DNA of 32,000 nt from Trichodesmium erythraeum IMS101. GTDB lineage: Bacteria; Cyanobacteriota; Cyanobacteriia; Cyanobacteriales; Microcoleaceae. The DNA is taken from assembly GCF_000014265.1 (NCBI RefSeq), contig NC_008312.1:6600001-6632000 (forward strand), given 5' to 3'. Below are positions 26,753-32,000 of the stretch, piece after piece. How positions within the stretch are numbered: the stretch's first letter is position 1; the number at the start of each line of letters is the position of its first letter. The notes below the pieces were generated by a model, which ran no database searches, was not told the origin of the DNA, and saw nothing but the letters and a program-made list of their open reading frames with translations. Both the position numbers and the translations under genes were made by a program.

Positions 26753-29700
26753 ATGAACAACAGATATAACAAACCAGATCAAGTAGACAATAGTCGGAAA
26801 AAAGCTTATCAAGTTGGAGCTTTGCAGAATGATGAGAAGTTTGAGGATTTTGTAGGTAAGTCTGATAAGAGGGATTTTTATCAGTTTAAGGTTGAAGAAA
26901 AGACGGATGTAGATATTAAGTTGGATGACCTGAGTGGGAATGCAAATTTGTATTTGCTGAATAATAAGGGGAAGCTTATTGAGAAGTCTACTAAAGGTGG
27001 TAAGAACGCAGAAGATATTGAGCGGACTTTGAACCCAGGGGCTTATTATGTAAAGGTGCAGTCGAATGAGGAAGATGCTAATTATACTTTGAGTTTGGAT
27101 GTAGGTTCAGGTTCTCAGCAAGAAGATAAGGTAGGTAATAACCGGAAAAAAGCCTATAAATTCGGAGCTCTGAAGAATGATGAGAAGTTTGAGGATTTTG
27201 TAGGTAAGTCTGATCAGAGGGATTTTTATCAGTTTAAGGTTGAAGAAAAGACGGATGTAGATATTAAGTTGGGTGGCCTCAGTGGAAATGCGGATTTGTA
27301 TTTGCTGAATAATAAGGGGAAGCTTATTGAGAAGTCTACTAAAGGTGGTGATAGCTTAGAAAATATTGAGCGGACTTTGAACCCAGGGGCTTATTATGTA
27401 AAGGTGCAGTCGAATGAGGAAGATGCTGATTATACTTTGAGTTTGGGTGTAGGTTCAGGTTCTCAGCAAGAAGATAAGGTAGGTAATAACCGGAAAAAAG
27501 CCTATAAATTTGGAGCTCTGAAGAATAATGAGCAGTTTGAGGAATTTGTAGGTAAGTCTGATAAGAGGGATTTTTATCGGTTTAAGGTTGAAGAAAAGAC
27601 GGATGTAGATATTGAGTTGGGTGGCCTCGGTGGGAATGCAGATTTGTATTTGCTGAATAATAAGGGGAGGCTTATTGAGAAGTCTACTAAAGGCCTTAAT
27701 AAGGTAGAAGATATTGAGCGGACTTTGAACCCAGGGACTTATTATGTAAAGGTGCAGTCGAATGATGAAGATGCTAAATATACTTTGAGTTTGGATGTAG
27801 GTTCAGGTTCTAAGAATCTAGAAAAGTACGAGTTTACTTACTACTATAGTGGTAGTCAGGATAATGAGTTTCAGGACTACTATAGTGGCTATTTTTACGC
27901 TCCAAAAGGAACTTATGAAGTAGATAGTTACTATGACTTTAATGAAGAAAAAAATGAAGCAAGTGCTAACGGTAAATACTATATTTCTAGTTCTAGTAAA
28001 GCGGGGGCTAAAGCAAAAGATGGAGAGGTTTACCTGGAAAGCTATTATGATTTAGAAACTAAAAAAGAGTATGTTCCTTATTATGCTAGTGAAGATTTGC
28101 CTTCTGGTGCTAGTGGCATGGGGAGTGAAGAAGACTTTATTGATTTTGAGAAAGATGAGGATGTAATTGAGCTAAAGCAGGAAGGCTTTTTTGGTGCTGA
28201 CTATTCTCTGGCAAATATAGTTAAAGAGGCACAAACGTCTAAATCTGGAGATTATCAGATTGATGCGTTATTAAGCCCTTATAAGTGGGGAACTAACACA
28301 ATAACTTATAGCTTCTATGATAATGATTCAGGTCCATATTATGGTGCGGAAAGAGATGTTGGGGAGGTTAGTGATAAGGTTCAGGAAGATATTCGACATA
28401 TTCTTGAAAATATTTATGAGCCTCTTTCGGATCTTGATTTTGTAGAGGTAGCGGATACTTCTAATAGCTATGGTCTAATTCGAATTATGAAATCAAGTAA
28501 CCCAAATTATGCTTATGCATATTATCCGTATGCAGATGATTATAATGCGGGAAATCTTCTTGATTTGGCTGGTGATGTCCATTTTAATGTTTATTATGAT
28601 GGTAATGGTGATCATAACAATTTTCAGGGGGGTCCGGGAACTCATGGTTATATGACTCTGATCCATGAGTTAGGTCATGCTGTTGGTTTAAAGCATCCTC
28701 ACGAGGATGGTGATACGTTGCCAGAAAATGAGGATAATACGAGCAATACTGTGATGTCATATAACTTTACTTACACCGCAGATAATCTGAGGTCTTATGA
28801 CGTGAATGCATTACAGTATATCTACGGTTTTGAAACTCCAGAAGATTCAGTGACTGTGAAGTCCCCTAATGGAGGTGACACTCTGAAGTTAGGAAAAAGC
28901 TATACTATTACTTGGGATGATAATTTTAGTGAAAATGTGAAGCTGGAGTTGTACAAGGGGGGTTCGTTTGATAGCATAATTACTAATTCAACTGCTAGTG
29001 ATGGCAGTTATGGTTGGACTTTGCCTACGTCTATGGCTATTGGTAGTGACTATAAGGTGAAAATTACTAGTGTCAGTGATGCTGGGGTTTCTGACTTGAG
29101 TGATAGTAATTTTACTATTGAACGAGATGGTGTTATTACTGTGAAGTCGCCTAATGGAGGGGATGTTATCAATACAGGGGATACTTACGATGTTACTTGG
29201 GATGACAATATCAGCGAGAATGTTCGTATTTATCTGTATCAAGGTAACAGGTATAAGCAGATGATAAGTAATTCAACTCCTAGTGATGGTAGTTACAGTT
29301 GGACGGTGCCGACTAGTTTGACTGCTGGTGATAATTATGAAGTTGCTATTCAAAGTGTTGAGAAAGGTAGTCTTTATGACTATAGCGACAGTAGTTTTAC
29401 TATTGAACCAGATGGTGTTATTACTGTGAAGTCGCCTAATGGGGGGGATGTTATCAATACAGGAGATACTTACAATATTACTTGGGATGACAATATCAGC
29501 GAGAATGTTCGTATTGATCTGTATCAAGATAACAGGTATAAGCAGATGATAAGTAATTCAACTTCTAGTGATGGTAGTTTCCGTTGGAGGGTGCCGACAA
29601 ATTTGGCTACTGGTGATAATTATCAAGTTGCTATTCAAAGTGTTGAGAAAGATCGTATTTTTGATTTTAGTGATAGTAATTTTACTATTGAACCGGATGG

Positions 29701-30622
29701 TGTTATTACTGTGAAGTCGCCTAATGGGGGGGATGTTATCAATACAGGAGATACTTACAATATTACTTGGGATGACAATATCAGCGAGAATGTTCGTATT
29801 TATTTGTTTCAGGGTAACAGGTATAAGCAGATGATAAGTAATTCAACTCCTAGTGATGGTAGTTACAGTTGGACGGTGCCGACTAGTTTGACTGCTGGTG
29901 ATAATTATGAAGTTGCTATTCAAAGTGTTGAGAAAGGTAGTATTTATGACTATAGCGACAGTAGTTTTACTATTGAACCTGATGATTTTATTACGGTGAT
30001 GTCGCCTAATGGAGGGGATATTCTGAATACAGGAGATACTTATAATATTACTTGGGATGATAATATTGGGGAGAATGTTCGTATTTATTTGTTTCAGGGT
30101 AACAGGTATAAGCAGATGATAAGTAATTCAACTCCTAGTGATGGTAGTTACAGTTGGAAGGTACCGACAAATTTGACTACTGGTGGTAATTATCAAGTTG
30201 CTATTCAAAGTGTTGAGAAGGGTAGTCTTTATGATTTTAGTAATAGCAATTTTAGTATTAAAACAGAAGATGTGAGTTCTGATAAATACTATTTTACTTA
30301 TTATTATAATGTAGGTGATTCTTATAGTGGTTTTTTGTATGAAAAATCGGGTACATATTCTTCGGATGATATTTTAAGTGTTACTAGTGGTTTTTACCAG
30401 ATAGATGATATTGAGAGTGGTGTAGGTAATAAAGATGATATTGGTGATGTTTACATTTCTTCTTACTATGATAGTAATTATACTGGGAATACTTACCAAC
30501 CATTATTATCGCGTTATGGATGGCGGTCAGGTGGAAATGGTTTGGGTAGCGAGCGTGACTATTTAGGTTTCCCTAGTTATCAATCTTTTGACTCTAATAA
30601 TGAGTTTAATGGTTTAATCTAG
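26753..30622 (+). CDS. Large modular secreted-type zinc metalloprotease (M10/zincin HExxHxxGxxH) with 3 PPC-like and 5 Kre9/KNH-like Ig-type repeats
   Basis: The track ORF is 26717-30622. I prefer the ATG at 26753 because GGGAGG (26742-26747) lies 5 nt upstream. The zinc site is HELGHAVGLKHPHE (~28664-28705), with a serralysin/matrixin-like context (YKWGTNTITYSF...VMSYN). The N-terminus has three 117-aa repeats with pre-peptidase C-terminal (PPC) character. The C-terminal half has five 95-aa repeats (VTVKSPNGGD..Y.ITWDDN..ENV.I.LY...SDGSY.W.VP..L..G..Y.V.I.S). Confidence 0.9.
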   Translation: MNNRYNKPDQVDNSRKKAYQVGALQNDEKFEDFVGKSDKRDFYQFKVEEKTDVDIKLDDLSGNANLYLLNNKGKLIEKSTKGGKNAEDIERTLNPGAYYVKVQSNEEDANYTLSLDVGSGSQQEDKVGNNRKKAYKFGALKNDEKFEDFVGKSDQRDFYQFKVEEKTDVDIKLGGLSGNADLYLLNNKGKLIEKSTKGGDSLENIERTLNPGAYYVKVQSNEEDADYTLSLGVGSGSQQEDKVGNNRKKAYKFGALKNNEQFEEFVGKSDKRDFYRFKVEEKTDVDIELGGLGGNADLYLLNNKGRLIEKSTKGLNKVEDIERTLNPGTYYVKVQSNDEDAKYTLSLDVGSGSKNLEKYEFTYYYSGSQDNEFQDYYSGYFYAPKGTYEVDSYYDFNEEKNEASANGKYYISSSSKAGAKAKDGEVYLESYYDLETKKEYVPYYASEDLPSGASGMGSEEDFIDFEKDEDVIELKQEGFFGADYSLANIVKEAQTSKSGDYQIDALLSPYKWGTNTITYSFYDNDSGPYYGAERDVGEVSDKVQEDIRHILENIYEPLSDLDFVEVADTSNSYGLIRIMKSSNPNYAYAYYPYADDYNAGNLLDLAGDVHFNVYYDGNGDHNNFQGGPGTHGYMTLIHELGHAVGLKHPHEDGDTLPENEDNTSNTVMSYNFTYTADNLRSYDVNALQYIYGFETPEDSVTVKSPNGGDTLKLGKSYTITWDDNFSENVKLELYKGGSFDSIITNSTASDGSYGWTLPTSMAIGSDYKVKITSVSDAGVSDLSDSNFTIERDGVITVKSPNGGDVINTGDTYDVTWDDNISENVRIYLYQGNRYKQMISNSTPSDGSYSWTVPTSLTAGDNYEVAIQSVEKGSLYDYSDSSFTIEPDGVITVKSPNGGDVINTGDTYNITWDDNISENVRIDLYQDNRYKQMISNSTSSDGSFRWRVPTNLATGDNYQVAIQSVEKDRIFDFSDSNFTIEPDGVITVKSPNGGDVINTGDTYNITWDDNISENVRIYLFQGNRYKQMISNSTPSDGSYSWTVPTSLTAGDNYEVAIQSVEKGSIYDYSDSSFTIEPDDFITVMSPNGGDILNTGDTYNITWDDNIGENVRIYLFQGNRYKQMISNSTPSDGSYSWKVPTNLTTGGNYQVAIQSVEKGSLYDFSNSNFSIKTEDVSSDKYYFTYYYNVGDSYSGFLYEKSGTYSSDDILSVTSGFYQIDDIESGVGNKDDIGDVYISSYYDSNYTGNTYQPLLSRYGWRSGGNGLGSERDYLGFPSYQSFDSNNEFNGLI
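26786..27830 (+). repeat. 3 x 351-bp in-frame tandem repeat (PPC-like modules)
   Basis: Units start at 26786, 27137 and 27488. Nucleotide identity is high over long runs (e.g. gaggatttttatcagtttaaggttgaagaaaagacggatgtagatattaagttgg). Confidence 0.9.
28847..30271 (+). repeat. 5 x 285-bp in-frame tandem repeat (Kre9/KNH-like modules)
   Basis: Units start at 28847, 29132, 29417, 29702 and 29987. Units 2 and 4 are nearly identical at the DNA level (offset 570 bp). Confidence 0.9.
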
Positions 30623-30739
30623 GGGTTTAAATGTTAAGTCCTAGGAGGGGAGCTGACTCTTAATCCCTCCTGGGATGGGGATTTGGATATGTTTGTTTCT
30701 TGATTTTTTCTTCTGGTAGACTATGGTAGGAAGGTTTTG

Positions 30740-32000
30740 GTTATGGGGATATGGTTTTTTTATTTGAAAGTCTCTTGAGGCTTTTTTTGTCGGTTTAATT
30801 TTGGTTTTGGCGATCGCTTTCCTATTCTTTTTTTTTGTTGAATAAATAATCATGTGTATGGGCGTGTTTGGCCTTATATTCATAGTTTATCAATTTTTTT
30901 CAAAAGTCGCAACCCCTATACCTCTTTTTTTTTTTGAGCTCCACAGGATGAAAAATCTCGGTACAGTAAAGCAGCGCTTTGAATATTAGTTGATCAGCTC
31001 TATACCTCTTTTTTTTTCGGGGCTCCACAGGATGAAAAGTCTGGGTTCTGGGTAAAGTAAGTCAGCACTTTGAATACTAGCCTACCAGCTCTAATTTATT
31101 GATGATTTTTTGATGAGCTTCTTCTTAGACTTGCTTGCTTTGGTTTTCTTCAAGAGCGATCGCTTTCCTATTCTCTTTTTTGTGTTGAATAAATAATCAT
31201 CCGTATAGGCGTGCTTCCCCTTATATTTATAGTTTATCAATTTTTTTCAGAACTTGCAACTCCTATACCCCTTTTTTTCTTGAGCTCCACAGGATGAAAA
31301 ATCTCGGTACAGTAAGGCAGCACTTTGAATATTGGTTTGTCAGCTCTAATTTATTGATGATTTTTGTGATGAGCTTCTTCTTAGACTTGCTTGTCTTGGT
31401 TTTCTTCAAGAGCGATCGCCTTCCTATTCTCTTTTTTTTTGTTGAATAAATAATCATGAGTATGGGCGTAGTTACCCTTATATTCATAGTTTATCAATTT
31501 TTTTCAAAAGTCGCAACCCCTATACCTCTTTTTTTCGGAGCTCCACAGGATGAAAAGTTTGGGTAAAGTAAAGCAGCGCTTTGAATATTAGTTGCAATTC
31601 CCATACCTCTTTTTTTCGGAGCTTTACAGGATGAAAAGTCTGGGTAAAGTAAGTCAGCACTTTGAATACTAGCCTACCAGCTCTAATTTATTGATGATTT
31701 TTGTGATGAGCTTCTTCTTAGACTTGCTTGCTTTGGTTTTCTTCAAGAGCGATCGCTTTCCTATTCTCTTTTTTTTTGTTGAATAAATAATCATGAGTAT
31801 GGGCGTGTTTACCCTTATATTTATAGTATATCAATTTTTTTCAAAAGTCGCAACCCCTATACCTCTTTTTTCGGAGCTCCACAAGATGAAAAATCTCGGT
31901 ACAGTAAAGCAGCACTTTGAATATTAGTTGATCAGCTCTAATTTATTGATGATTTTTTGATGAGCTTCTTCTTTTTTTTTTCAGAGCTCCGCAGGATGAA
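30740..32000 (+). repeat. Composite tandem-repeat array (S1 + one or two S2 modules), continuing beyond the window
   Basis: Unit starts (ctctaatttattgatga) are at 31089, 31344, 31681 and 31936, giving unit lengths 255, 337, 255 and a 592-bp higher-order period. A more diverged first unit lies at ~30740-31088. Each S1 carries a HIP1 site and long T-tracts. Confidence 0.9.

Noticed and set aside
28988-29527. Track ORFs 28988-29242 (-) and 29273-29527 (-).
   Set aside because: They are antisense to the protease repeats. The two ORFs are near copies of each other only because the sense-strand repeat is duplicated.
26786-30271. The repetitive protease gene as a diversity-generating retroelement target.
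   Set aside because: Differences between repeat units are not restricted to adenine-templated positions. No template repeat or reverse transcriptase is present in the window, and the variable parts are not in a C-terminal CLec-type fold.
30641-31487. Track ORFs 30641-30883 (-) and 31263-31487 (-), plus a plus-strand micro-ORF starting ATGAGTATGGGC (e.g. from ~31794, MSMGVFTLIFIVYQFF...), all inside the tandem array.
   Set aside because: The minus-strand ORFs are Lys-rich because they read through A-runs. The plus-strand ORF changes frame or terminates differently in every unit because T-tract lengths vary. It loses its ATG in the unit at ~31200 (atccgtataggc) and stops after 16 codons in the 26.4-kb copies. 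The frame is not conserved, so it is probably not coding.
30740-32000. The tandem array as a CRISPR array.
   Set aside because: Units are 255/337 bp rather than ~60-75 bp. The inter-repeat sequence is itself repeated, so there are no unique spacers. There is no palindromic 25-40 nt repeat and no cas genes in the window.
1-32000. Search for tRNA, rRNA, tmRNA, RNase P or riboswitch signatures.
   Set aside because: I found no T-loop-type GGTTCGAATCC contexts outside coding sequence and no rRNA-like conserved blocks. A proper tRNAscan/Infernal run is still needed to exclude small RNAs.

Overview
AT-rich cyanobacterial chromosome (about a third G+C by eye). HIP1 octamers (GCGATCGC) are frequent, intergenic regions are long and IS load is heavy. 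This resembles a Trichodesmium-like filamentous cyanobacterium, but that is an inference and was not searched.

Layout:
- 1-7 kb: housekeeping genes (galE, a 2Fe-2S domain protein, a small Asr1405-family protein, dps, selU/mnmH), with decayed TnpB relics between dps and selU.
- 7.3-8.2 kb: IS debris.
- 8.3-10.4 kb: two diverged copies of a ~350-400 bp non-coding element bracket a DUF2993 gene.
- 10.4-12.8 kb: a pentapeptide-repeat gene and a DUF3500 lipoprotein gene.
- 13.0-19.1 kb: IS graveyard. A dead FAD-linked sugar-lactone oxidase gene is hit by one IS5-family element and then by a nested stack of four elements, of which only the IS630 transposase is intact.
- 19.7-25.5 kb: a DICT + degenerate HD-GYP protein, a DUF3754 membrane protein, a small TM protein and a TPR protein, separated by long AT-rich spacers.
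- 26.7-30.6 kb: a ~1290-aa modular zinc metalloprotease built largely from tandem DNA repeats.

The protease gene is bracketed by direct copies of one non-coding repeat family. Upstream is a perfect 161-bp tandem duplication. Downstream is a composite tandem array (255/337-bp units, 592-bp higher-order period) that runs off the window end.

I saw no rRNA, tRNA, CRISPR array or recognisable defence operon. The signals most worth follow-up are the repeat array, the 350-bp element pair with a duplicated gene 3' end, the degenerate HD-GYP protein, and the unusual protease architecture.
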